Assembly: GCF_964188315.1 (NCBI RefSeq)
Contig: NC_135657.1
Location: forward strand, 95,480,001-95,544,000
Source of the DNA: Podarcis muralis
Taxonomy: Eukaryota
Direction of reading: 5' to 3'
DNA length: 64,000 nt
A program made the position numbers and the translations under genes. Shown piece after piece: positions 10,593 through 22,212 of this stretch. The notes beneath the pieces are model-generated. The model was given only the letters and a program-made list of their open reading frames with translations, searched no databases and had not been told where the DNA came from. Each line of letters opens with the position of its first letter. Position 1 is the stretch's first letter.

Positions 10593-13500
10593 TGTGTGTT
10601 TTTTTACATTGCTATCAAATTGGACGGAAGCAGTAAGACCTAATTTCCTTGCATTCCCTATGTGTTCTGCATTGGAAGCTGCACCGAACCCTCACTTGGT
10701 GACTGCAGATGGTGTTGTATAGCGTCTAGACACATAGTGAAAGGATTTTGAGCATCCTGATGTCACCTACCTACCAGTAGGGACACCATTTAAGCTTTAG
10801 GGGCAAGGAAAAATATTTTGGCGAGCTTTTGAATATAAGCAGGGTCTTGGAACAGTCCACTATTCTACCAGCTTCTGGTTGCCTGTGCCCTTTTGTTACC
10901 CATAAACTCTTCACCATTGTTTTGTTCATTCTTTTGGGTTGCAGAAAGTTGAAGTCAAGTTATCTCCTCCTTCAAATTCCTGGAAACAAAAATATATGCC
11001 CCTATAGAATGAAGTCCCAGCATTTGCGGGTGTTTGTGTTACGGAAAATTCCAACAATCTGCTTTCCTTCTCCTTCCTTGCTGGCATGGGCCCCTGTTTT
11101 GCAAAGTCATCTGTGCCTTATTTGCAGCAGTACGAAAGGATTTTTGATGCAGATCACTAAGCTAAAGTTGATTAGCGACTGCAAGTTGCTATAATGTGAG
11201 GCTTAGCTGTCTTGTTGTGCACTTACCGTCTCATTATGGCTCAGCTATGGTGCAAATTACTAACATTAATCTGTGACAGAATATGGCCAAAGCCTTCCCC
11301 ATACCAAGCAACCCCTTAGAAATTTGGCATGGAATAACAGCGTGGAAGTCCTGCTATGGGAAGATGATGTTGGTCATTCCAGTTGACGGTAGCTAAAAAG
11401 TGATTTTGAAGTCCAGGTTTTAAAGCTGTAGTACCCACAATCTCCTCCAAATCCCATCAGTCCCAACCAAGAAAGACGAGAGCTCAGCAACATCTGGAGG
11501 GGCACCACACTGAGTACTTGCTCTACTTAGTGTATTGTTTCCAAAGCTATTTGCCAATTGAAGGTAATTCTTCCTGCATCTGGCAAGCGCAGTTGTGGTA
11601 TGTGAAAGCATATAGCATGGTATAATCGGTAGTCTTTAAGGTATTTCAGGATTCTCTGGTGTTTTAGCTAGGATAAAGGTAGCACAGCTACCCATGCAAA
11701 ATTTGTTTCCCAGGCTGTGCGTCTGTTGTATGTTTAGTTGTGTAATGGTTAGTGCAAATAGTCTTATAACAGGTCAACCCTTTTCACAGCCCTCTCCTAT
11801 ATTTCTGCAACAGGAGCTCTCTGAGAAGTATGTTTCACTTCTTTTCAGTGCTTCCCTAGGTATCACAAGAGAGTCTGTGCCTTTGTCAGCATTCACAGGA
11901 GATTCAAGATGGCAGCTATAACCCATTACTCTAATTGTTGCCCTGTAAATTTTTATATGGTTCCAATTGCAAAACACAGAGCAATGGGCTGTCACTGCCA
12001 TTTGGGATTCCTGGCAAGCTGAAATATGGATACTGGCAGCATAAAACTGGTAATGGCAAAAGGGAAATTGTGTGAGAGAAAGCAGCCACCCATTGGTCCA
12101 AAAAGTTTTGGAAGTTCTCGTGATGCCATAAGAAGTATATATCATCAAATATACATGATACCATCACAATGTTAGCTATCACCCCTTAAGATATTCATAA
12201 AAAATGTAAAAGCTCTGGATTTCCTAATACATTTTATTAAATGTATAATTAATCTGTGGAACTTGCTGGTGTAGGATATTAATTATTGAAGTAAACAGTA
12301 TAGCACGTTATAGAAATTAGATATTTTATATGAATAAAGGGGGGATATCTTATACTTTTTTTGAGGGGAAACAAAAATGGAAAGGTAGTCTGTCTTCATA
12401 TACACATACATGCATCATTTGATTTTTATGCTGCCTTTCCATAGTTAAAATCATGCTCATTAATGGTTACTAATTTAGTCACTGAAGAAACGATATTTCA
12501 GACGTTTGTCTCACTGTATCACGATCCCTGCAAGTTGTGCAATCCATGTGCAAATATTCTCAGGGTAAGGGCCTATATGACCCCCCTCTGTGTACAGCTC
12601 CTGCTGGAAAACAGCATGAAGTGAATTCCAGGTGTGACTGCCACAGGTGCAGGCTGCGGTCTGCACAGATTAGCTTTTAGCAAAGCATCTCAGTTGCTCA
12701 TCGTAGGCCAATGTGCACAGAGCTCAGCATGCAAAGGAAATAGCCACACAACCCCCGAAGGATGCACAGCTAAGGCAGGAGCACTCTTCAGGCTGAAAAT
12801 TTTCTAGCAGACACTGTACACTACTGTAAGGTTGCTGCTGCTGCTATTTATTACTCTCCCTTCTCCCTAAGGTCAAAGGGCAGTTTACAGTGGGGCAAAT
12901 AACAATAATACAATATACAAAACCAGTCACAAAGACAATGGCTCTGATGTATTAATTAAATATCGTAATTATTAATTAAATATCTGTGCCATGCATTTTA
13001 GGTGGGTAAAATTCCAACAAGAAGCGGGTATGGGTCATGAGGCTTCCAGGCACCAGTGCTGGAGAAGTACAGACCAATATGCTGCCAACTTGTACATCAC
13101 CTTGAGATGCATGTATGGGAGGCAATAAATCAATAAGTAATCTGTGATGAATTCTTAAGCGAGATATAGTTCAGACAATGTGACGCTTTTTAGCTATCTG
13201 GAATAAATACATTATTAATTTTATTGTGGGGCCATCATGCCTTTTAGAACTTTAGAAATGCAGAAATGCCTAGATAATCACCGAGGCCCCTGGAATAAAA
13301 TGTTGATTTGGACACTAATACTTTTTTCCCCAATCTCTTTTAAGGCAATGACAAAAAAACAAACTCAGTGATACTTCTTGTTGACGACCAGCACAAATAA
13401 ACATTCCTCCAGCCCTATAGGCAATTTCTCATATGAAACCAAAATATTTGTTTATCTATAAACTGTAGAACAGCCAATTGTTTAAGCACAGGTGAATGCA

Positions 13501-14304
13501 AAGGGTTTAATTACAGATAAAAATAGTTTTGTTAATTAGGGTATTAGAATTGCTACACACACACACACACACTTTCTAAAGCTTTCTAAAAAGAAAACTT
13601 TTGTCCTATCATGGTATAAGGAACAAGGCACTCATAGTGCTAATTCCATAGTTTCTGGCATTGTTTTTTTCAGGCCATTTCAAAGTGTCCACAGTGTTAT
13701 CAATCATGTTTGCTAGGCCACCCAGGGCATGGAACAGCTCCAGCCGGGCCATGTGTGCTTTACAGAAGCATCTGGTAGGATGAACACGAGAGATGGATAG
13801 TTGAACTCATGACTGCCTCTTGTTGAAAATCTAAAATACAGGATTGGCACAGGGAGTTCACTTCTCCGGTGACATATCCCATCAATATTATATGCAGTGG
13901 CAAGAAGGAGGGGCTTGTGGAAGCCAGTTAGGGAAGGCTGTGCTAATTAGAGGATCCCGTTCTTCGTCCTTATGAAGGAAACTAGATTGGTCAACTTGGT
14001 TCAGCAGAGAAACAAATGTCCTGGCACTTACATAGAGAGAACCTAGAAGCAGGGAAACAGACATATGCAAACACTTTACGAAAGGGCTCGGTGAGGGGGA
14101 AAGTAGTGACAGGCCTCTCTTACTGTGTACGACAGACACAGAATATCCATTAAACAGATGAGCTTTGCTTACTTCCAAAAATTGAGTTTGGGCTTTTTCA
14201 AGCCAAAGTGACTGATAGTTTTGGCACCGCTCTTGAGAGTTTACCAGAATGAGATGGCATTAGCAAGACTATTCAGATTATACATAATGTAATATAAATA
14301 TACG

Positions 14305-14700
14305 AACATCAGGCCATTGGCCCATCAAGGCCATCATCCTTTTCTCACAGATACCTGTGGGAAGCGTGCAAGTAGGTCATGAGTGCAATAGCACTCTGCC
14401 CGCCTGTGATTCCCAGCAGTAGAGGTACAACATAGCCATCCATGACTCTGTCCACTCCTCTTTCAAAGCCACCCAAGTTGGTGGCCGTCACTTCCTCCTG
14501 TGGCAGTGAGTTCCATTGTCCAATCAACAAGTGCAGAAGGACTTTCTTTTGTTTTTCCTAAATCTTCCAGCATTCATTGGATGCCCATGAGTTCTAGTAT
14601 TATGTGAGAGGAAGAGAAATGTTTTTCTCTAACCACCTTCTCTACGTTGCGTATAATTTTATAAACTTCTATCATGTCACCTGTTATGTTCCTCTTCTTG
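14305..14700 (-). mobile_element. Degraded CR1 LINE 3' region
   Basis: Minus-strand peptide WNSLPQEEVTATNLGGFERGVDRVM matches the CR1 ORF2 C-terminus (WNSLPQEVV.A.SLDGFKRGLDKFM). Boundaries approximate. Confidence 0.8.
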
Positions 14701-15594
14701 AAAATTGGGTAGTGGAAGAAGGCAAGCTTTTCATCCCTGATCTGTGACACATTTGTTTGGTGGAGAGGGGAATTGCAACTGCAACTGGCGGTTGTTGGCT
14801 TCAGTTTTATTTATTTGACAATGACCAAAGAACACTACATTAGCCAATTATGGCATCAAGTACTCGTTTTAAACATAGCCACTAATTTTCACTTACATAT
14901 TCTAAGAGAATCCCAACCATGGAATACAGATGTGTTTGGTGTCAATTCTAGCTTGTCCGTAATTGAAATAAACACCAGTTACAAGTAGCACTGATAAAAT
15001 TACAGTAGCAGTAATCAAAATCAGGGTCATATTTCTCAAGAACTGCCCACAGCATAAAGAAGGCATCTCTGTAGCAAGCATTAATAAGCCCTAATTTAGG
15101 CAGCAATCTGATACCTACTTACCCAGGAGCAAGCCCCATTGAACACAAAAGGACTTCTTAGACATGAATGCTATTAGAGTTCTGTTATCGAGAAATGTAT
15201 GTTTTTTTAATTGCTCTGAGTGGCTTTGTCATAAAACAGCAACTTACATTTTACAAAGGATCTGTTGAGCAGAGTATCAGCTTTGCCCAATGTCAGTGCA
15301 GTTTTGGTGATGAGCTGTCTGAGCTGCTTCATTCCTATACATTTGCAAATCAAAACAGCCAGGTTGGCAGATGAACCTAATTAGATTATGAATAGACCAC
15401 GGGTTAAGAATGTTTCCTGCAAAAGCTGGACTGGCTTCTTGACTCTGCTTCAAGCCCCTGGTAGAATGAGCAGGCACATTTAAAATGCCGGAAAATCTCT
15501 CATTTTATTGATTTTAGTAAAGGCATTTTCAGATGAGCACAGTGTATTTTACAATTGCCCCTTGCAGCCTCTATAGCTTCTAATGTGAAAACTA

Positions 15595-15651
15595 AAAAGG
15601 TAAAGGTACCCCTGCCCGTACGGGCCAGTCTTGACAGACTCTAGGGTTGTG
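15595..15651 (-). mobile_element. Severely 5'-truncated Sauria SINE (3' tail only)
   Basis: aaaaggtaaaggtacccctgcccgtacgggccagtcttgacagactctagggttgtg is a reversed (ACCTTT)n tail plus 3' end. 11-bp TSD tgtgaaaacta at 15584-94 and 15648-58. Confidence 0.8.
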
Positions 15652-16083
15652 AAAACTACTCATTAGTAAAACAGAGAAATTAAGAGTCTCGTTTTATCAT
15701 TGTACAGAATATTCTGCTCTGACTTCCAGGAGGGAACCTACTTGTAAACAGCAAAACATATGCACGATCACCTTTTCAGCTGTAGAAATACATTTCCTAG
15801 CTTGGCTGGGGGGGGGGGGGCAGAACATTATCACATAATATTTTTAAGATTCTATCCCTAACAGTTCCCTTCACAGTAAAGACAAAGGCAAAAAAAGAAA
15901 AAGGGTCAACACAAACAAAAATCACAAAGTATTGAAACAGAAGCAGGTTCATAACATAGTAAATAATTTTATTTTGTTTTGTTTTTTACAAATTTTTTCC
16001 CATTAGACCCTGGTTTGTATTTAAAGGGAACAGATAAAAGGAACACATCTAATAAGTGTAAAGAAAACCTATAGGATAAACTA

Positions 16084-16437
16084 CAGTGGTGCCTCGCAAG
16101 ACGAAAAGAATCTGTTCCGCGATTCTCTTCGTCTAGCGGTTTTTTCGTCTTGCGAAGCAACCCCATTGCCGGCTAAGCAGATTAGCGCTATTAGCGATTT
16201 AGCGGCTTTTCGCGATCAGCTGTTAAGCGGGTTATCAGCGGAACAGCTGATAGGCGGCTTAGCGGCTTAGGAAAAGGGGGGGGAGCGAAAAAACCCGCGG
16301 GGACGCGCAAGATTTTTTCGTCTTGCGAAGCAACCCCATAGGGAAATTCGTTTTGCGAAGCGCCTCCAAAACGGAAAAACCCTTTCGTCTAGCGGGTTTT
16401 CCGCCTTGCGAGGCGTTCATCTTGCGGGGCACCACTG
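16084..16437. mobile_element. Tigger/pogo-like MITE, family A (second copy)
   Basis: Same TIRs as 4993-5314; TA flanks at 16082-83 and 16438-39. Confidence 0.88.
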
Positions 16438-16504
16438 TAAAACTATAGTTGATTTGCAGAAAAGGGTAACACAAATTTCTTTAGCATTTTTCATCTGTGA
16501 GTAA

Positions 16505-16950
16505 ATCACAGAACTGTTGAGTTGGAAGGCACCCCAAAGGTCATCTAGTCCGACCCCTGCAATGCAGAAATCACAGATATATTCTGAGTTTCGTGTTATT
16601 TGCAAATTTGATGAGCACTCCCTCCATTCCTTCATCCAAGTCATTTAAAATGATGCTGAACAACACCACGCCCAGGACAGAACCCTGTGGCACCCCAAGG
16701 TCACTTCTTCCAAGCATGACGAGCAACTGTTGGTGAGCAATCTCTGAGTTTGGTCAGTCAACCAGCTACAAATCTACTTAACAGTAACATTGTCTAGCCC
16801 ACATTTTAGCAGCTTCTCCACAAGAATATAATAGAAGACTTCACTGAATGCCTTACTGAAATCAAGATATGTTACAACCACGACATTCCCCTGATCCACT
16901 AAGCTTGTAATTCTATCAGAAAAAGAAATAAGGCTATTCTGACATGACTT
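16505..16950 (-). mobile_element. CR1 LINE remnant: 3' tail joined to RT core
   Basis: Minus-strand [37 protein letters not shown] (about 16584-16696; FADD decayed to FANN), with an LDFSKAF motif upstream. The CR1 tail lies at 16505-16575. Confidence 0.85.
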
Positions 16951-17489
16951 GACTCATAAAGCCTGCAAGGAATTCTCTCTGCTTCATTTCAGGTTCTTTT
17001 TAGAGTTCAACTTTATCAGTTTAAAATGCAGCTAGGTCATTTTTTTCTCAATTCAGATTGAAGCTAGTTAGGGGCAAAATGCATCACAATAAATATCAGG
17101 ATAGACATGGATTGTGGCTAATATCCTGTGTACACTGCTTCCCAAACCAGGGGTGAGAGAGCACTGAATGCAGAGTAAATGGGACTGTATACACAGCCTT
17201 CATTTTCTCTTTATCCACTCTGGTAGCTGATTTCTGAGAACATGAGGTTACAATGGCAAGCTAACCAAACTTTAGCCATAATGATCATAGAAGGTCCATA
17301 ACAGACATTACTTTTAGATGTTCTGGTGAGACATCTATGGTTTCTTTTAATAGGATGGTCAGCTGTGCATGATAATCTCTCACCTGCCTTATAGTTTTAT
17401 TCCTAATAGCACAACAGTAATATTTTCCTGTCTTAAAAAGACAGTAATGATATTCTGCTGAATGAAACTTATAAACAGAATAGACAAAA

Positions 17490-18312
17490 CTCTGTGTTGG
17501 GAAAGCCTTCCAGATGTTGTTGGATTCTCATTTGCATGTCGAGACTCCGCATCCACCCCCTCGTTGGATAATAACTCACACAAGGACACAGATATTAGGT
17601 TTATGTTATTGGTCAAATTTGGCCACAACTTTATTGAATTACAGAATGTGAGCGGTATTGGCTTAGGCATTGTTTGGACCCGACTATATCTGACTCCTGC
17701 CCGCTGCGCAGGAAGTCCGGTAAGGGTAAACCCCCGGTAGGGGGAGCCCTGTCGATGCAAACCAACTCAAGCTCCCCCTTGTGTTCCCGTAGGGGTCGTG
17801 TCAAGGCCCTAGCCCCCGACCGGGCTTCGGACAAGATCAACACCCTCAGATTCCTTTAACGGAATACCCTTAAGCATGGAGGGGCAGGTGATGGCCACAC
17901 CTCACCTCCCCCACACAAGCTCAAACAATGCCTAACCACCACAAGAGCCCAAAGGCTCACCGCCAAATACCCTCACATCTGTAACCATTGCCTCAAGTCA
18001 TCTGCGATATCGGCCAGCCATATATCATTCCCCCAATCGGAAAGGTGTATGCCATCGTCACGAAATAGGGCCATTTTACTGAAAACAATGGAAGGGTGCG
18101 TGATCACCTAGCCATCCAATGCAACCACTTTCTGTGAAATGGAACGATTCAAACGTTTCTGGGCACGGTCTGTAGCGGCTGGGGAATTGCTGCCACGCCA
18201 AACGCATCTCTCCAATAGCAGCGTCCAAAAGACAGCCAACATGACCAATACTCAGGGATGGTGAGAGTTGCATCCATCATCATTTGGAGGGCCACAGGTT
18301 TCCCACCTCTGT
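17490..18312. mobile_element. Short squamate foldback/hAT-like MITE split by the 17537-18241 insertion
   Basis: Left half ctgtgttgggaaagccttccagatgttgttgga and right half catttggagggccacaggtttcccacctctg match the halves of intact copies elsewhere in the window (e.g. 49796-49933). Confidence 0.6.
17537..18241 (-). mobile_element. Probable Ngaro/DIRS-type YR retrotransposon 3' fragment with SGNH-esterase ORF remnant
   Basis: Minus frame 18239->17973 reads LAVFWTLLLERCVWRGSNSPAATDRAQKRLNRSISQKVVALDG*VITHPSIVFSKMALFRDDGIHLSDWGNDIWLADIADDLRQWLQM* (SGNH block V DxxH). A GC-rich non-coding segment follows, with AATAAA at 17630-35. No poly-A tail and no standard TSD. Confidence 0.65.
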
Positions 18313-18899
18313 TCTAAATCAAAAAATGTGTGCTAATCTGAGAAATGTATTGTTTTAAAACGAATTCCAGTGCATGAGAGCTGGCAATGATCAGCAGCTC
18401 TTTAGGTATTTATTCAGTGTGACAGCTTCTCACTACTTTCTTTGAGGGAGACATGTGAGAAGGGCATCCAGCAGCGCTTGGAGATGAAGGGTAACTTCCC
18501 ACTGGGCCCTGGTACTGAGATTTGTCTTTTTCAATTACAACACAGTTTTTTCTTGAAGATTTCTTTTTTATTTCTTTTTTTAAGGGAATGCTGGCCATTT
18601 CTTAGTTATTTCATGAAGCACTTAGGTTCAAAGCACCATGGTGTTTCATATCAACATTTTTCTGCTTTGTTCTATGCACTGGATTGTATCAGTAGAAGCA
18701 TCTTATACAAAATATGGTGAGACCTTTGCCAGATTTCAAATGACAACCTACTGGGGGTGGTTTGAGGGTCAAACTATAGATGAGATGCTAATCACACAAT
18801 TAACAATTGCTTGATCGACTTTTTAAAAAAGTAAATTGCAAGCATGATCCTAATCCAGATCAAGAACCTAATGTGGGGATAGAAGGCTTTAATCAATTG

Positions 18900-18901
<2 letters not shown>

Positions 18902-18939
<38 letters not shown>
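18902..18939. repeat. (AC)n microsatellite
   Basis: Direct reading. Confidence 0.97.
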
Positions 18940-18940
<1 letters not shown>

Positions 18941-19160
18941 GCTGTGGCCTTGATCATCCCTCCCCTACCTGCAAAGCTCCTTTCGAAGGAAATTCTGGTT
19001 GGTAATGTAGCAAGGAAGGGTTAAAAATCTCCATCCCCCAAAATAAATACGAACTCCCTAACTCTCTTCTTTGGTCCCATTCTGAATGTAGGTCCTCACA
19101 CCTGCAATTTACTTTTAAAATGCCAACCACATGATTGCTGATTGCTAGGCATCTCAACTA

Positions 19161-19386
19161 CTGTGGTACCTCGGGTTACATATGCTTCAGGTTACAGACT
19201 CTGCTAATCGAGAAATAGTACCTCGGGTTAAGAACTTTGCTTCAGGATGAGAACAGAAATCGCGCAGCAGCGGTGCGGCAGCAGCGGGAGGCCCCATTAG
19301 CTAAAGTGGTGCTTCAGGTTAAGAGCAGTTTCAGGTTAAGAACGGACCTCCGGAACGAATTAAGTACGTAACCAGAGGTACCACTG
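19161..19386. mobile_element. Tigger-like MITE, family D
   Basis: C(A/T)GTGGTACCTC…GAGGTACCACTG termini and left TA. Paralog at 34501. Confidence 0.87.
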
Positions 19387-20345
19387 TTGGCTGTTAGACT
19401 GGAAATCCTCACATTGCCATGACTGGACATGACTTTGGTTCTTTGCCATCCCATCACGTCCATCTAGCGGTCTTTTCTGGGTATGGGAGCTTCTGTGCCT
19501 CACCAGAGCTGGCTGCCCCCACAAATGTCTTCTGCATTCATTTCATTTGATACAAGTATGCATGGAACATCCCCCCCCCCTTATTATGCATGTAGAGCTA
19601 GTCCTTCCATCGGCATTAAAGGGAACCTCATGAATACAATATATGTTTCCAGGCCAGGGAGCATATATGAGCACACCTTTGGATCTCTGATTAAGGAGCA
19701 TGATTCATTTAGAGGACCTGTGCTGATGAAACTTGAAGTCATTGTTTATAATATTAATCCATAACACGTGGCTTGACCAAGTTATCTAAAGTGAGGCAAC
19801 AGCAAACACAAGCAGAAAAAGCAGTTTCAAGACCAGGCAGACATACCAAGCCTTAATATCTCTTTTGTGCTTCTGACTCTGTTTTCCTTTCTTCTTTTGC
19901 CTAAAATTCTCTCTTAAAAGCCTCCCAATATGCTAGAGCACCTAACCTCAGTTTCAAACTGCAGAGAAATCTGTTATAGCCTCCCTCTGTTTGGTTTCCT
20001 TTAAAGAAAGACCTTTTATAAAGAAACTGGGGGGGGGGGTGGTTAGGGAAGGAAACCTACTATACAGGTATTTTAAGTCACGAAACTGGTTAAGAGGAAG
20101 AGAGCACATAAGCCAGGTGATTAGAATAATTAAAAAAAGCCATGTGGGTATTTTTTTCTTTCTAAACAAATGTAGGGAGCATTTTTTTTAAGAACCCTCT
20201 TAATGCAGGCTCTCCCCTTGCAGGATAAAATGGAATTAAAATATTGTCAATAAATTGTGTGTGTGAGAGAGACTGTATCAGCCTGTGCATTGATAGTCTG
20301 TGCATGCAGGATAAGAGCATTGACTGCCTGCTAATCTATTCCCAG

Positions 20346-20400
20346 ATGGAGGTGGATGCAGACGAGAAGCGCCATCGCACACGGTCCAAAGGTGTTCGAG
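20346..20400 (+). CDS. MYT1L: MYT1L first coding exon (55 nt; MEVDADEKRHRTRSKGVR + G)
   Basis: Translation matches the recalled MYT1L N-terminus (human MEVDTEEKRHRTRSKGVR). Acceptor ...ctattcccag sits directly before the ATG; donor gtacgt at 20401. Confidence 0.96.
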
Positions 20401-20587
20401 GTACGTCTCTTGCTTCAGTAAATCACTCAAGGCCCCTGCTCAGGGTGACCTTCATCCTCCAGAATCTCTTTGCATGATTCATTCTGACCCTTGCTTTTTT
20501 ACACAGCCTTTTTTGGCAATTTTCAGCAGGAGAAGGGGGTACTTGTGATAGATGATAAATTTTTATATATTTTCCATCTCTCTGCAG

Positions 20588-20621
20588 TTCCCGTGGAACC
20601 AGCCATACAAGAGCTGTTCAG
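20588..20621 (+). CDS. MYT1L: MYT1L coding exon 2 (34 nt; VPVEPAIQELFS)
   Basis: ctctctgcag acceptor and gttagt donor at 20622. Phases 1/2 join in frame; peptide matches the recalled vertebrate MYT1L. Confidence 0.96.
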
Positions 20622-20923
20622 GTTAGTGCGCCGAGTGTAAAATGTATCCCCATTAGCAATTTAGAAAATTCATGCCTTTTAATGGTTATAATGCACTTTC
20701 AAGTTCATTGGTGGTTTGCTCATGCCCTGCTGCACTGATGAAATTAATTCCCCTGGGATTTGCTAATAAAAAGCATCCCCACCCACCCTTTTCCCTTCAG
20801 TTATTTGATTTCTCTCTTTCTGTCTTTGTTGCCCTCCATCTCTGTAATACCTGCCGCCTGCTTTCAATATAATCTCTGTGCAGCACACTAACACCTATAT
20901 AATTAATTCCTTCCTTTTTACAG

Positions 20924-20986
20924 CTGCCCTACTCCTGGCTGTGATGGCAGTGGTCATGTTAGTGGCAAATATGCAAGACACAGAAG
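20924..20986 (+). CDS. MYT1L: MYT1L coding exon 3 (63 nt; [21 protein letters not shown], most of C2HC zinc finger 1)
   Basis: ttccttccttttacag acceptor and gtaatg donor at 20987. Carries the [11 protein letters not shown]...HRS signature of MYT1-family CCHHC fingers. Confidence 0.97.
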
Positions 20987-20989
20987 GTA

Positions 20990-20990
<1 letters not shown>

Positions 20991-21026
<36 letters not shown>
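20991..21026 (+). repeat. (TG)18 starting at intron position +5 after the zinc-finger exon
   Basis: Direct reading. Confidence 0.97.
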
Positions 21027-21030
<4 letters not shown>

Positions 21031-22212
21031 CAAATAATGAAGCGATTTAGTAGGCAAGTTACCTGACACAATTCTGCTGATGACCTAGGCACAATCACTG
21101 GGGGTCTAATAGTGTACAGAATAATTCTTTTATTATTATTATTATTTGTGTTCCATTCTTTGCTTCTAATTGCAGTCTCACTTTCTCAGTGATTAACTTT
21201 TCTATATGCAAAACTGCATTGTAAAATGAAAATCTAACAAAAGGAAACAAGCACTGAGATATTGAGGTGTTCCTTCCTCACTTTCTATTCAAACTTACGT
21301 CCCGTTAGGTATATTAGTTACGGAGAGAAGTAAATCCCCAAATACAGAATGTGTAAATGCTGTTTTAGTGAAGACACTTTTTCATGAATACACATTTTCT
21401 GCTTATATTTTGTCAGGCAACGTATGCAGTTTTGTGGTTCATGCGAGGCAAATTAAAATGAGACCTTATTTACATTTATCCCCACCCCCACCTCCCCACC
21501 CTCACCCCTGGCTATTGTGATTTCCATAATTTAATATAGTTCATAACTGGAATAAGAGCTTAGATTTTTGAGCACAAGGAGTTCAATGACGGGGATAGAT
21601 TCAAAGGGACAATTCTAGGACAGATTAGTGATAATGAGTCTTTGAGATCCAGATGGTTATATTATTGCCATTAATACAGTAGCTAGGCCTTGTAGACTTT
21701 GATGAATGATAAAATTTCCAGTAACAACATGTTAGTTTAGTGTTGTTAATCCTTCGTTTCCATTGTTTGGACCTAATTCAATGGCCTTTACTTCAGATTG
21801 GTCTTTATGTTTCTGTGTTTAAAGTACAAGTTCATTGACATGTGGTTTCAAAGGATTCATATACATCTACTGCTCATCCGTTCCATATATCCAAAGACCA
21901 GCAGAGCATAACACAGAGGAGATCTGAGCCAAGCCATAACTAATATGAAAAGGGGAATAGGAACAGTGAGTTGTATTCAGCACAGTGCTAAGTAGCACTT
22001 CACACAAGCCCAACAAGTTCTGCTTGTGCAATAGGACTTCAGCCCTGTCTCCTTCCCCTATATGCCTCCTAAATAGGTTCTGGGGGTTTCTCCAACTGTC
22101 CAGAGCAGATTTGGGGTGGCAGGGGGCACGTGTAATGGGAAAAGGGGGGGAGTCCGGTTGAGCAAGTGGAAGTTATTGTGTTCATACATGTATTTAGTTG
22201 AATACCACAATA

